Sequence record: PP438435.1
Direction: 5' to 3' (one strand)
Length of the DNA: 64,000 nucleotides
Position numbers and translations under genes: made by a program. Positions 27,851-37,257 of this stretch are shown here, in pieces (the stretch's first letter is position 1; every line of letters begins with the position of its first letter). Below the pieces are notes generated by a model, which searched no databases, had not been told where the DNA came from, and saw only the letters and a list, made by a program, of their open reading frames with translations.

Positions 27851-29116
27851 CTACATGCTTGGCGATTGCAACGCGACGACGTCTCCCGCGCCGCACCCGT
27901 ATGCGGCCCAGCAGGCTTCCTTGGCGGCGGGATGCAGCGGCTTTCCGTTCTCGAACAGCGCATCTGCCAACGCATCTGCGCTGAGCCCAGACTTCAGCAC
28001 CTGCTCCGTCGACAGCTGCGCGCCCAGACGCAGGAGCGGCCCCAAGATCCCTGGCTTCGCTGCCAGTGCGTTGTCGACTTCGCCCAGGTCTACACCGGCG
28101 GCGAGTCCCTGCTCGATCGCCGCCCGCAGCCCATCCGGCGAGACCTTTGCGGCGACGCGGCTCAGGAGTTCGATCGCCTCGCTCTCTGCCAGCGTTCGCC
28201 AGAGCAGCGGCGCGGCATTTGCGTCGGAGAACATCGACCGGCAATTCAGGCAGATGTTGGTCAACAGCGCCTCGCGCTCCTCTGGAGATAATTGCCTCAC
28301 AGCCATTGCTCCTTGGATCGCACTCGCCGCCAACGCGGCCACGGGCTGCACAGGTGCGCTAGTCCGATTGCTGACAGGATGCCGTCCGTCGAAAAGCTCC
28401 GGCGCCAGATAGAACACGCGCTCAAGCAATGCCTGCGACTCGTCATCCAGTCGCACCACGCCTCGGATGGCACTCAGCACGCCGAAATACTCGCCCAGCA
28501 TCTCCGGGTCGAGCTGTTCCTTACCCGTGCCAGCGCATTCGCCTACGCACACGAACTCATGAATGCGTTCGACGGCTGCGGTAAGCGCCTCCAGATCCAC
28601 CGTGTTCAACTGGTCCGCAGATGTCAGCCACGTCTCCAGCCAAATCGGGTCTGTGCGCGCCAAGGCCCACGCGACATCCGCGTCCAAGGCGCCGTTCGCG
28701 ATCGCGGCGCGGGCTACAGGCGACGCAAGCTCCGAGTTGAAGCACCCCGACTCCTGAACCGCCGTGTACACCAGCTCCGGCGTCCAGAGGTGATGCGGCA
28801 CCTTCAGGAGCTCATCGGGCGCGTCACGAAGTCGCGCGACAGTCGCCTGCCAGCGGGGATCTGCGTGATAGCCCGTCGATGGCCGCAGCGCCGCCGCTGA
28901 GATGACGCCCCCCTCACCGCCATACGTAATTCTGTACCGGTCGTTCTTTACATGACCTACGATCTCGCCGATCGTCGGCGACTCATGGGGCCCGAGCAGA
29001 ACGCTCTCGCCAGGGGCATAGACAGCAACAAGAGCATTCCCATGCGCCTGGGCCTTGACCCAGCCACGCTCGCAGCTGTAGGCCTGGCCGAATCTGTGAG
29101 CACGCATCATCCTCAT
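27851..29116 (-). CDS. Hypothetical protein with a DUF4116-like repeat (tail ...QSPSM)
   Basis: ATGA coupled; LLKVPHHLWTPELVYTAVQ. Confidence 0.7.
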   Translation of the reverse strand: MRMMRAHRFGQAYSCERGWVKAQAHGNALVAVYAPGESVLLGPHESPTIGEIVGHVKNDRYRITYGGEGGVISAAALRPSTGYHADPRWQATVARLRDAPDELLKVPHHLWTPELVYTAVQESGCFNSELASPVARAAIANGALDADVAWALARTDPIWLETWLTSADQLNTVDLEALTAAVERIHEFVCVGECAGTGKEQLDPEMLGEYFGVLSAIRGVVRLDDESQALLERVFYLAPELFDGRHPVSNRTSAPVQPVAALAASAIQGAMAVRQLSPEEREALLTNICLNCRSMFSDANAAPLLWRTLAESEAIELLSRVAAKVSPDGLRAAIEQGLAAGVDLGEVDNALAAKPGILGPLLRLGAQLSTEQVLKSGLSADALADALFENGKPLHPAAKEACWAAYGCGAGDVVALQSPSM

Positions 29117-29403
29117 GGCGCCACCTCGGAGGACTCGGCGGCAGACACCCGGGAGGCTTGCGTCCAGGCGTTGTCCGCCTGCGACGGAAGCGAATCGTTC
29201 GCCAGCACGCGCACCTGAATGTCATTGCCTACCACGACCAACTCAGGCCTTCCGCCGCAGAAGTCGGCGACCACCTGCGCCACCGCAAGCACGAAATCAT
29301 CGTGCGATGGCATGTCCTCTCCCAGCGATTCCGGACTCTCCACGAGATCCTTGACCAGCTGGCCGAGTTGGGTTCTGTTCAGTTGAGCGATTCCGTTCGC
29401 CAT
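29113..29403 (-). CDS. Small hypothetical protein
   Basis: AAGGAGA RBS before MANGIAQ. Confidence 0.7.
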   Translation of the reverse strand: MANGIAQLNRTQLGQLVKDLVESPESLGEDMPSHDDFVLAVAQVVADFCGGRPELVVVGNDIQVRVLANDSLPSQADNAWTQASRVSAAESSEVAP

Positions 29404-29419
29404 AGTGTTCTCCTTGGGT

Positions 29420-30298
29420 TCAAAGTGCCGGCGCAGACGCCGGTGCCGTCTCGCCGGTAAGGACCGCGCGCAGCAACGGCGGGAGACGTTCGATCTGTGC
29501 CCACCGGGCAGAGGAGACGCTGGCGCCGAACTCGACGCGCACGTCCGGGTGCTCGAGCTCCAGCGCACGCTCGCGCACAGCGTCGGGCAAGTGTTCGATG
29601 CCCATCCAAAGCAACTGCGTCGGGCAATACTCCGCCGCTTCCGCCAGGTACGTCGCAGGGAGACGCGGGATGATCGACGGCTGCAGGGCCACGCGGTAGC
29701 GACTAGACGGGCCGCCAAAGCGACTCCCTTGCCGACTCTCCCCATTCAGGAAGGCGATGAGAACCTGGTCCGTCACCACGTGGGGCGCTCGCGCGAAGAC
29801 CGCCTCCAAGGTCTGAGGCGGCACACCAGGCATGTTCCATGCCCGCCTCGCCAAGTCATCGACAGCCGCACCACCGAGCGCACAACAGCACGCATCCGAC
29901 AGCAAAGCATCACCTGGCCTGCGACCCGCCACCCATGCAAGAGTCTCGCGTGACAGCTGGGCAGAGAGCTGGATACCCAAGGCCGGGTGCGCTGCCGCGA
30001 TCTTCTCGGCCTGTGGCCGTGTCACGCGCCCCGCTGCGTATCGCACCACCGCCTCGGGAGCAATGTCGACGAGCTCATCGAACACGCTCGGCGAGATCGA
30101 GCCCGCCGCCTTATTGAGCGCGTGCGCCGGCGCACGCAGAGCGCACCAGTCGAGACGGGCCTGCGACAGTCGGCAGGCAGCGAAGTCGAGCGCATTCTCA
30201 GGGTCGAGACGCGCGCACGCATCGACGGCCGCGTCGTCTTTCAGGGACGCCCAGAACACCGGGTCGCGGGCATTCTCAGCCTCATAGTAGCGACTCAT
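29420..30298 (-). CDS. Helical-repeat hypothetical protein (tail ...SAPAL)
   Basis: ATGA coupled; roughly 23 aa recurring P-x-x-A helical units. Confidence 0.7.
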   Translation of the reverse strand: MSRYYEAENARDPVFWASLKDDAAVDACARLDPENALDFAACRLSQARLDWCALRAPAHALNKAAGSISPSVFDELVDIAPEAVVRYAAGRVTRPQAEKIAAAHPALGIQLSAQLSRETLAWVAGRRPGDALLSDACCCALGGAAVDDLARRAWNMPGVPPQTLEAVFARAPHVVTDQVLIAFLNGESRQGSRFGGPSSRYRVALQPSIIPRLPATYLAEAAEYCPTQLLWMGIEHLPDAVRERALELEHPDVRVEFGASVSSARWAQIERLPPLLRAVLTGETAPASAPAL

Positions 30299-30699
30299 GG
30301 CGTCAGCGCCTGTGATCGGTTCGCGCTCAGCGCCGGGAAGGGCGAGGTGAGGCTGTAGCCCGTACGGCGCTCGACGCACTCGACGAGCATGTCGCTGTAG
30401 ATGTCATCCACGCTGTCGACGAGACGCAGACCGGCCTCAGGCCCCTCGAATACGTCCACATCGTAGGTGTCCGAGGGCGCGAGCAGGACGCGGAAGGCGG
30501 TGACGCGGCCTCCGCACTCTGTCATGTCGATACCGCTCACGAGCAGACCGGCGCCGCGCTCAGGATCATGTTGCACGCAGAAGCGCGTGGCCGGACCCAG
30601 CATCAAGCGGAGGCAGCGCTCACCCCCAAGCTGCTCCAGGATCGTGCTCGCGACCCGGTGTGCCCACGGGGGCGAGAGGGACGGCTGCGATGATGACAT
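30295..30699 (-). CDS. Hypothetical protein, IL-x-Q-LGG family
   Basis: VASTILEQLGGERCLRLMLG ... LAPSDTYDV; first gene after box B. Confidence 0.75.
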   Translation of the reverse strand: MSSSQPSLSPPWAHRVASTILEQLGGERCLRLMLGPATRFCVQHDPERGAGLLVSGIDMTECGGRVTAFRVLLAPSDTYDVDVFEGPEAGLRLVDSVDDIYSDMLVECVERRTGYSLTSPFPALSANRSQALTP

Positions 30700-30725
30700 C
30701 GCTCAACTCCACTGCGGCCATTGTT

Positions 30726-30752
30726 TGCGCAGTGTGCACGCATTGCGCTAAC
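30726..30752. promoter_or_regulatory. Palindromic operator box B over a predicted promoter
   Basis: TGCGCAGTG-TGCACG-CATTGCGCT-AAC; minus strand TTGATC-N17-CACACT. Confidence 0.7.
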
Positions 30753-30767
30753 CGATCAACGCCCGAT

Positions 30768-31274
30768 TCACCACGGCAGCCACAGGTTCGGCGTCTTCAG
30801 CACCTCAAGGTTGCTGGTGCCCGGCTGCCCCTGCAGGACCGCGGCGTCGCGCGCGGCCACCATCGCGAGCCACAGCCCGAAGAGCCCCAGCAGGACCGCC
30901 GAGAGCACGAAGTTCACCACGGCGAGGACGCCGGCAGGCGTAAAGATGGCTCCGCCAAGCTGATAGACGCCCGCGAGCATGGCCAGCACGCCAGCGGACC
31001 AGCGCACCCGAGCAAGGCGGAGTGCGAGCACCACCCGAGCGCTGTCGCGCGCCAGGCCCTCATCCACCACCGTCGGCTGGGGCTCTTCCTCCTTGCGGAG
31101 AACAGCGCGCACTCGCGACGCCACCGCACCGACCGCGCCACTGATCGACGCCCCCATGCTGCGGGCGCTGCGTGCCGCAGAGGCCACCTCGGTGACGGGC
31201 AGGAAGATGTTGGCGAAACGCGCCGTACGCCCACGCGGCTTCGGGGGCGTAGGGGTGTTCTCAGGTGTAGCCAT
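30768..31274 (-). CDS. Inner-membrane protein, possibly IcmV/TraX-like
   Basis: Two C-terminal hydrophobic helices, W-x-P-W end, size similar to IcmV. The membrane-protein call is firm; the family call is weak. Confidence 0.4.
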   Translation of the reverse strand: MATPENTPTPPKPRGRTARFANIFLPVTEVASAARSARSMGASISGAVGAVASRVRAVLRKEEEPQPTVVDEGLARDSARVVLALRLARVRWSAGVLAMLAGVYQLGGAIFTPAGVLAVVNFVLSAVLLGLFGLWLAMVAARDAAVLQGQPGTSNLEVLKTPNLWLPW

Positions 31275-31327
31275 GCGTGGAACTCCAGTGATGGACCTGG
31301 GCGGCTCGCGCCGCCCAGGTGGTGCCG

Positions 31328-32002
31328 TCAGCCCATGCCCATGCCGGGGCTTTGGCGTCGCGGCGCCTGCAGGCCGCCCTGCGGCCCTGCGCTGCCGACC
31401 TTGACGACGCTCATGCCCATGCGCTCGAGATGCTGCCGCACCTCGGCCGCCAGCGGACCGTGGCTTTCGATGTTGATGGAAGGCCAGTTCTTCAGGCGCG
31501 CCATCTCCGCGAGCGCCAGAGCCAGCATCTCGGCCGACGGCGGCTTCTGTTTCACCTGCACATTGGTGCCGGCGTCATGCACCGACACCGGACTGCCGTG
31601 AATGTCCGGACGCCCCTGGGCATCCCGCCCCACCAGATCGAACATGAAGGACAGGCCTTGCTCGCGCGTACGCGTCACGGTGAGGCCGGAGCGCTGCATG
31701 AGCTCTTCCATGGCACCAGGGCCATAGTGCTTGTCGAACAGGCCTCGCCCGATGGCCGCCTGCGGCGGGCCCTCGGCGCGACTCGCCACGATCTCGCCTG
31801 CCTCCTCGCGCGCAACGTCCGGATCCGCGAGATCCAGCGCGCCGTTGCTGGCGCGCACGATCGCGGCATCCTCCGCGTCCTGCCGCTCGCGCAAGGCATC
31901 TTCATGGCGCTGAGCATCGACGCGCTGGGCGTCCGCCGCAGGGCCCTCTTCCTTCGGCTCGCCCGCAAGGGGCGACCGGTCCAGTTGTGCGAGAAATGAC
32001 AT
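31328..32002 (-). CDS. LPD7-like domain protein (tail ...SPGMGMG)
   Basis: HDAGTNVQV...LALALAEMARLKNWPSINIES matches the D-x-G...A..K-x-W..I pattern; TGATG coupled to topB. Confidence 0.55.
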   Translation of the reverse strand: MSFLAQLDRSPLAGEPKEEGPAADAQRVDAQRHEDALRERQDAEDAAIVRASNGALDLADPDVAREEAGEIVASRAEGPPQAAIGRGLFDKHYGPGAMEELMQRSGLTVTRTREQGLSFMFDLVGRDAQGRPDIHGSPVSVHDAGTNVQVKQKPPSAEMLALALAEMARLKNWPSINIESHGPLAAEVRQHLERMGMSVVKVGSAGPQGGLQAPRRQSPGMGMG

Positions 32003-34149
32003 CAGGCGATTCCTTTCTGGGCTTTCATTTGTTCGATGAACGCCGACATGGCGCTGCGATCCTGCAACGCCTTCTCCGGCACCACGCACCTACACTCAAC
32101 CGCGAGTCGCTGTGCGTACGCGACTTGCGGGTCCGACGGACGATTCGTAGATGCGCGATCGCGCACATCCTGGATCGACACATCCAGATACGCCTTGCAG
32201 GCATTGAAGTCGCTCAGCACGTTGGGTGGCAACTCCTTGTGCCCGCGCTGTTTGGCCGCGAACTTGGCCGCTTGGACCATCTTCGCCGTCGGCGGCCGCG
32301 CCTCCTGCTCCAGCGGAGGGAGCGTCGCCGCATGCGCACGCATGGCAGCGCAGATCTTCCGGACCTGCTCGCCCACCTGGGTCACAAAGTCGTCCCGCGC
32401 GGCCTCGGGCAGCTGGCCCGACGCGATCGCCTCAAGGCGATCCTCCCACAGGCCGGTCACCGCGGGATCGCACAGGACCTTCGGCAGCAGCTCCACCAGT
32501 TGGCAGCCGGCATCGGAAATCCAAAGACTGCGCCCTTTCGCGACGATGAAGCCGCGTTTCCGCAGCTCCTTGATAATGCCCGCCCGCGTCGCTTCGGTCC
32601 CCAGGCCCGCGGTCGCTTTCAGGACCTCGCGGATGCGCGGATCGGTCGCGAACTTAGCTACGCTCGCCATGTCCTCCAACAGCGTTCCTTCGGTGTAGGG
32701 CTTGGGTGGCTGCGTCTGCCGATTTTCGATGTCCACCGCTTCGACAGTGCCGGGCGTGCCATCCGGCACCACCGGCAAGGGCGGGACCTCGTCATCGCCA
32801 TCCTCCTCGCCGGAGTCGTCGGACCCGAAAGCCGCCTTCCACCCCTCCACTTTCGGGGTCCGCCCCACAGCAGTGAACAGAACACCGTTCGCGTCCAGCA
32901 CGATGCGGGCCTCGTCGAACTCGAAATCCGGCAGGAGACACGCGATGTAGCGGCGCGCGACGAGCAGATACGCTTTGCGCTCATCCGGCGACATCTGATC
33001 CAGCGCGCCCGCCGCCATCGTAGGGATGATGGCGTGGTGAGCTGTCACCTTGGAGCTGTCCCACACCGACTTACGCACCAAGGGGTTCGCCACTTTCGAG
33101 GCCAGGCTGCCGAGGCTCGGCGCCGTTCCGAAGATGGCATCCAGAACCCGGGGGATCTCCGACGCCTGCTCGGTCGGCAGCAGCGCGCAGTCGGTGCGCG
33201 GGTACGTCAGCACCTTGTGGACGTCATAGAGCGACTGCGCAACCTGCAGAGTTTTGTCGGCCGACCAGCCGAACGCTGCGCTGCAGGCCTTCTGCAGGCC
33301 TCGCAGGCTGAACAACGGCGGCGGACCTTGCCGCCTGCGCTCCACCGTCACCCTGAGTGGCCTGTGGGCGCCGGTGGCCCGGGCGGCAAGCTCTTCCGCG
33401 ACGCGCCGCTCATAGATGCGGCGATCCTCGGGCGTCGCCGGCGGCGCATGACGGAGAATCAGCGTGTGCTGTCCTGCACGGACCCGGGCGGCGAGCTCGA
33501 AGTACCCGCGCGACACGAAGGCCTCGATCGCCTTGCACCGCAGGTAGACCAGATACAGCGTCGGGGACTGCACACGTCCGACGGGCTTCAGGCCGCGAGC
33601 CCCTCGCGCCTGTGCCAACAACGAAGCCACCCGCGTCAGCGAGAGGCCCCAGATCCAGTCGGCACGCGAACGGGCGACAGCGGCCCAGTACAGGGGCCGG
33701 GTCTCGTGGTCAGTGCGAAGCGCCCCCAGCCCCTTTCGGATCGACGCGTCGTCGAGACCCTTGAGCCATAGGCGTTGAACAGGCCCCTTGTATCGGCACG
33801 CGTCAAGAAGCTCCCGTGCGATGGACTCCCCAGCCCGATCGGGGTCGGTCGCGATGACCACACCCGAGGCTTTGGACAGGGCTTCGCGGATGACGCCCAG
33901 CAGCTTCTTGGACTTTGCATCGCGAGGGCGATAGTCCCACCGCGGCGGGATCATGGGCAACGTGTCGAGCGACCAGGAATGCCACTCGGGGTTGTAATGG
34001 TGGGGTTCCTCCTCCTCGAGCAGGTGTCCAGACGCATAGACGACCCGGCCCTGCGCGGTATCAATGAAGCCGTCACCCCGCCGCGGATTCCCCAGCACCC
34101 TGGCGAGATCGCTTGCCTGATTGGCCTTTTCCGCGATCCAGACCTTCAT
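32002..34149 (-). CDS. topB: DNA topoisomerase III (plasmid TopB/TraE type)
   Basis: IAEK, ATDPDRAGE (TOPRIM), GRVQSP, active-site LTYPRTD, AHHAIIPT, GLGTEATRA, and two C-terminal PT-x-x-(M/Q)-V repeats. Confidence 0.96.
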   Translation of the reverse strand: MKVWIAEKANQASDLARVLGNPRRGDGFIDTAQGRVVYASGHLLEEEEPHHYNPEWHSWSLDTLPMIPPRWDYRPRDAKSKKLLGVIREALSKASGVVIATDPDRAGESIARELLDACRYKGPVQRLWLKGLDDASIRKGLGALRTDHETRPLYWAAVARSRADWIWGLSLTRVASLLAQARGARGLKPVGRVQSPTLYLVYLRCKAIEAFVSRGYFELAARVRAGQHTLILRHAPPATPEDRRIYERRVAEELAARATGAHRPLRVTVERRRQGPPPLFSLRGLQKACSAAFGWSADKTLQVAQSLYDVHKVLTYPRTDCALLPTEQASEIPRVLDAIFGTAPSLGSLASKVANPLVRKSVWDSSKVTAHHAIIPTMAAGALDQMSPDERKAYLLVARRYIACLLPDFEFDEARIVLDANGVLFTAVGRTPKVEGWKAAFGSDDSGEEDGDDEVPPLPVVPDGTPGTVEAVDIENRQTQPPKPYTEGTLLEDMASVAKFATDPRIREVLKATAGLGTEATRAGIIKELRKRGFIVAKGRSLWISDAGCQLVELLPKVLCDPAVTGLWEDRLEAIASGQLPEAARDDFVTQVGEQVRKICAAMRAHAATLPPLEQEARPPTAKMVQAAKFAAKQRGHKELPPNVLSDFNACKAYLDVSIQDVRDRASTNRPSDPQVAYAQRLAVECRCVVPEKALQDRSAMSAFIEQMKAQKGIA

Positions 34150-34155
34150 TGCGTG

Positions 34156-34182
34156 CGCCTACTGCATTTAGAGTACGCAAAC
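34156..34182. promoter_or_regulatory. Operator box E over the topB promoter
   Basis: CGCCTACTG-CATTTA-GAGTACGCA-AAC; minus strand TTTACG-N17-TACTCT. Confidence 0.6.
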
Positions 34183-34295
34183 GATAACACCGCGTAAACG
34201 TGCGCCTCAAGGGGCGGCTTCCTTGCCATGGCTACTATTTGCTCACTGCCTGCAACACCCACCGTCGGAACGCCTGAGGGGCGTTCTCCCGCGCG

Positions 34296-34318
34296 TTTTC
34301 CACAGCGTCTGTGGATAA
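34296..34318. promoter_or_regulatory. Inverted pair of DnaA boxes
   Basis: TTTTCCACA (34296-34304), gcgtc, TGTGGATAA (34310-34318, the reverse complement of TTATCCACA). Confidence 0.55.
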
Positions 34319-34327
34319 CTTCCACGC

Positions 34328-35380
34328 TCAAAGCCCTGGCGCCGGGGGCGCGCTGACACTTTCGGCGCACAACCGCTCCATCACGTGTTGATGGCCATGG
34401 AGCTCCGCCGCCTCGGCGGCGATGCCCCCGCACCAGGCGGGATCCGCCCCCTGCGCCAGCAGCGCATCAACCGCCGACTCCGCGCCGGCCCGTGCGGCCA
34501 GCCACAGGACACCATTCCGGATCGCCTCCGATTCCGCCGGTGCGCAGCGTGCCAGCAGCGCCACAGCGACATCGAATGCCCCCTCCTTGGCATGGATCAG
34601 CGCCGCTGTCGCCGGTCGCCACCAGGCCAGCGCTTCGAGCGCCTGCGCGTCGCTGTGCCGCGGTAGACGGACCTGCACCAGCGCTCTCGAAGGCGCATAC
34701 GGGATCCCGCCGCCAGCGGCGTTGAAGCACACGTCGTCCACCGCCGGCGCTTCGGGGAAGCGTTCCCAGCGCTCACCCGGCGCGAGGCGCCCATGGGTCT
34801 CGCTCGTCGCGCGGTGCTGCTCGACGGTCAGAAGAACGTGTAGCGAAGGCGATCGCGCGCTGTAGTCACCGCTCGCCCTGGCCAGCGCACCTCGACTGTC
34901 CGTCTCGGCCTCAACCGCAACGTACCCCTTGGGCACCAGCCCGAACGCATCGCCTTGCGCCGCGCGACACCAGAGCCCGTCTGGGTGCTCGGTGATGAAC
35001 CGCACCGCGTCCCGCCCGGGGGACTGGCCCGGCGTCACTGCACGGCCGGTCACCGCTTCATACGCATCCGGCTTCCACGCCCGCGCGATCGCGTGCGCAT
35101 GCTCCACAGCCTCTGCCGCCGCTGCCGCAAACGCCTCCGGGAAGGTCAAGGCGACGATGGCCCATTCGTCGTCTTCGTTGAACCACGGTCCCGATACGCC
35201 CCAGCGCGGGTCGATCGCGGAGACCCGCCCCGGCGACAGGCGATAGCCCCCGTGCGTCGACGTCGTGACGAACACGATCCCCGGCGCGACGTCCGTAACC
35301 TCCTCGATGACTCCCCAGGGACACCGCTCCCCCGTCTGAGGGGAACGCTCTGCTGCAACGATTCCGTTCATGGGCGTCAA
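34328..35380 (-). CDS. DUF7007-like N-terminal domain plus ankyrin-like C-terminus (tail ...PPAPGL)
   Basis: PWG...APGIVFVTTSTHGGYRLS...WFNEDDEWAIV; LWLAARAGAESAVDALLAQGADP. Confidence 0.6.
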   Translation of the reverse strand: MTPMNGIVAAERSPQTGERCPWGVIEEVTDVAPGIVFVTTSTHGGYRLSPGRVSAIDPRWGVSGPWFNEDDEWAIVALTFPEAFAAAAAEAVEHAHAIARAWKPDAYEAVTGRAVTPGQSPGRDAVRFITEHPDGLWCRAAQGDAFGLVPKGYVAVEAETDSRGALARASGDYSARSPSLHVLLTVEQHRATSETHGRLAPGERWERFPEAPAVDDVCFNAAGGGIPYAPSRALVQVRLPRHSDAQALEALAWWRPATAALIHAKEGAFDVAVALLARCAPAESEAIRNGVLWLAARAGAESAVDALLAQGADPAWCGGIAAEAAELHGHQHVMERLCAESVSAPPAPGL

Positions 35381-35429
35381 GGCCTCCTTGCCTTCGGCTA
35401 CATCACGAGCCGGATCCTAGCACTCGGTT

Positions 35430-35456
35430 TGCCTACTGCGCATCTATTGCGCTAAC
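35430..35456. promoter_or_regulatory. Operator box C in a divergent intergenic region
   Basis: TGCCTACTG-CGCATC-TATTGCGCT-AAC. Confidence 0.6.
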
Positions 35457-35487
35457 GTTCCCCCATCTCGGACACGGATGTCTGGCC

Positions 35488-35841
35488 ATGCAAACCGCCC
35501 TCGCTCTACCTGTGGAAGCACCGTCGCCAGAAGCGCATCGGCTGGCCTGCGAGGCGCGCGATTGGGTTCGCCGCGGAGTCGTGCCGGGATCGGTCAAATG
35601 GGGCGCCACCATGAAGCTGGTCCGGGACAAGCGCGGTGATCGCAGTGCCCGCGAACTGGAAGACGCCATCTGCGCATGGCATGCGACCCGTGATGCCTGG
35701 CTTCCAGACCTTGAGCGCCGGTTGGCACCGTATCTGGAACGGGCGCCTGACGCGACAGAGTCGCCCGCAGCCGCGAGCGATCGCCCCTCCTCATCCCGCC
35801 CCGGCAGCTTCCTGTCGCGCATTCGCCACAGCCCTGCCTGA
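35488..35841 (+). CDS. Hypothetical protein
   Basis: First gene of the plus-strand operon; 117 aa. Confidence 0.65.
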   Translation: MQTALALPVEAPSPEAHRLACEARDWVRRGVVPGSVKWGATMKLVRDKRGDRSARELEDAICAWHATRDAWLPDLERRLAPYLERAPDATESPAAASDRPSSSRPGSFLSRIRHSPA

Positions 35842-35855
35842 CTTCGGAGTTCATC

Positions 35856-37211
35856 ATGCGCATTCCCATCGGTCTCGACGACTACGCCCTCCGCCAACAG
35901 CAGCAGCAGAAGACGGTGGAGTGGAACAGCAGCGCGGTCATCAATCCGCACATGCTGATCTGCGGCGGCTCCGGCACCGGCAAGACCTACACGGTGAACC
36001 GGCTCATCGACGTGGGCGTGGCCTCAGCGCGTCGCGACAATCAGCCCATCCGGTTTCACGTGTTCGATGTCCACGGGGACCTCAAGAATCCGAACGCGAG
36101 CAGCGTCCGTTTCTCCGAAGCGAGTCCGCACGGCTTCAACCCCCTGATCATCAACCCCGATCCGCACTTCGGTGGCGTGCGCCGCAAGGTGCAGGGGCTG
36201 ATCACCGCACTCGATCGCACCGCTCGCGCGCTCGGCCCCAAGCAAGAGGCCGCGTTGCGCAACCTGCTGATCGATGTCTATGCCGCGAACGGCTTCTATG
36301 CCGACCGCCCCGACTCCTGGCGCATGACCGACGGCCGCAAGATGCCGGCCATCTCGGACGTCCTGCGCTTCGCCCGCGCAAAGCTGAAATCGCTCTACCT
36401 GGGCGCCGACACCGCAACCGTGGCGGCGCTGGAGGAGGTCAACCGCACCATGCGCCAACACCTGGCCGCTGCCAGGCGTGCCGCCAACGCGGCACGCACG
36501 GGCGATACCGAGGGGGCGGACAAAGCGAACAGCCAGATCGAAACGCTCACCGCGAAAGCGATCGATGCCTTCACCAAGCACCTCGCCACCCTCAAGACCG
36601 GACGCGAGTTCGACGATGTCCTGAAGTACGACAGCGCGGACGTCCTGAAAGGCGTGGTCGATCGCTTGGAGAACCTCGACAGTCTCGGGATCTTCAAGGC
36701 TGCGGTGCCGCCGTTCGATCCGCATGCACCGATCTGGCACTACGACATCACGGCGCTGCCGAGCGAAGAATCCAAGCTCTTCGTCTGGTTCCGCCTCGAA
36801 TCGATCTTCAACATGGCCGTGCAACGCGGCGAGCAGCCGGGCGTCCGCGACATCATCATCGTGGACGAGGCGCACCGCTACGCCAGCGCCACCAACGACG
36901 ACACCACCAACCCCCTCGACACCTTGGCGCGCGAGGCGCGAAAGTTCGGCGTCGGCCTGTGGGGTGTCAGCCAGAGCCCGCACCACTTCTCCGAAGACTT
37001 CCTCGGTAACGTGGCCACGAAACTCTTGCTCGGTCTCGATGAGATGTACTGGGACCAGTCGGTGCGGAAGCTCAAGATCCCACCCGAGACCCTGAAGTTC
37101 ATCAAGCCGCGGCAGACGCTGGCCGCGCAGATCAAGGGCTCGGGAAACACCCGCAACACTTTCCAGCAGGTGGTCGTGGGAGGCCCGCAATACCGCACAG
37201 CGGCGGCTTGA
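35856..37211 (+). CDS. HerA/VirB4-like (DUF87-type) P-loop ATPase
   Basis: Walker A GGSGTGKT, Walker B IIIVDEAH, REARKFG...SQ; GGAG RBS. Confidence 0.88.
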   Translation: MRIPIGLDDYALRQQQQQKTVEWNSSAVINPHMLICGGSGTGKTYTVNRLIDVGVASARRDNQPIRFHVFDVHGDLKNPNASSVRFSEASPHGFNPLIINPDPHFGGVRRKVQGLITALDRTARALGPKQEAALRNLLIDVYAANGFYADRPDSWRMTDGRKMPAISDVLRFARAKLKSLYLGADTATVAALEEVNRTMRQHLAAARRAANAARTGDTEGADKANSQIETLTAKAIDAFTKHLATLKTGREFDDVLKYDSADVLKGVVDRLENLDSLGIFKAAVPPFDPHAPIWHYDITALPSEESKLFVWFRLESIFNMAVQRGEQPGVRDIIIVDEAHRYASATNDDTTNPLDTLAREARKFGVGLWGVSQSPHHFSEDFLGNVATKLLLGLDEMYWDQSVRKLKIPPETLKFIKPRQTLAAQIKGSGNTRNTFQQVVVGGPQYRTAAA

Positions 37212-37257
37212 AACAACGCCAGCTGCACCGACTCCTCCTCTACCCAAGGACGAACCC

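Noticed and set aside
31987-33771. Long antisense ORFs (e.g. 31987-33771, 5596-7026, 6881-8167, 9360-10586, 36024-37304, 52736-54031)
   Set aside because: They shadow genes with clear motifs or coupling on the opposite strand, are Arg/Ala-rich and lack an RBS; expected in high-GC DNA.
35381-35487. oriT at the main strand-switch point
   Set aside because: No recognisable nic motif and no relaxase in the window; only box C is supported.
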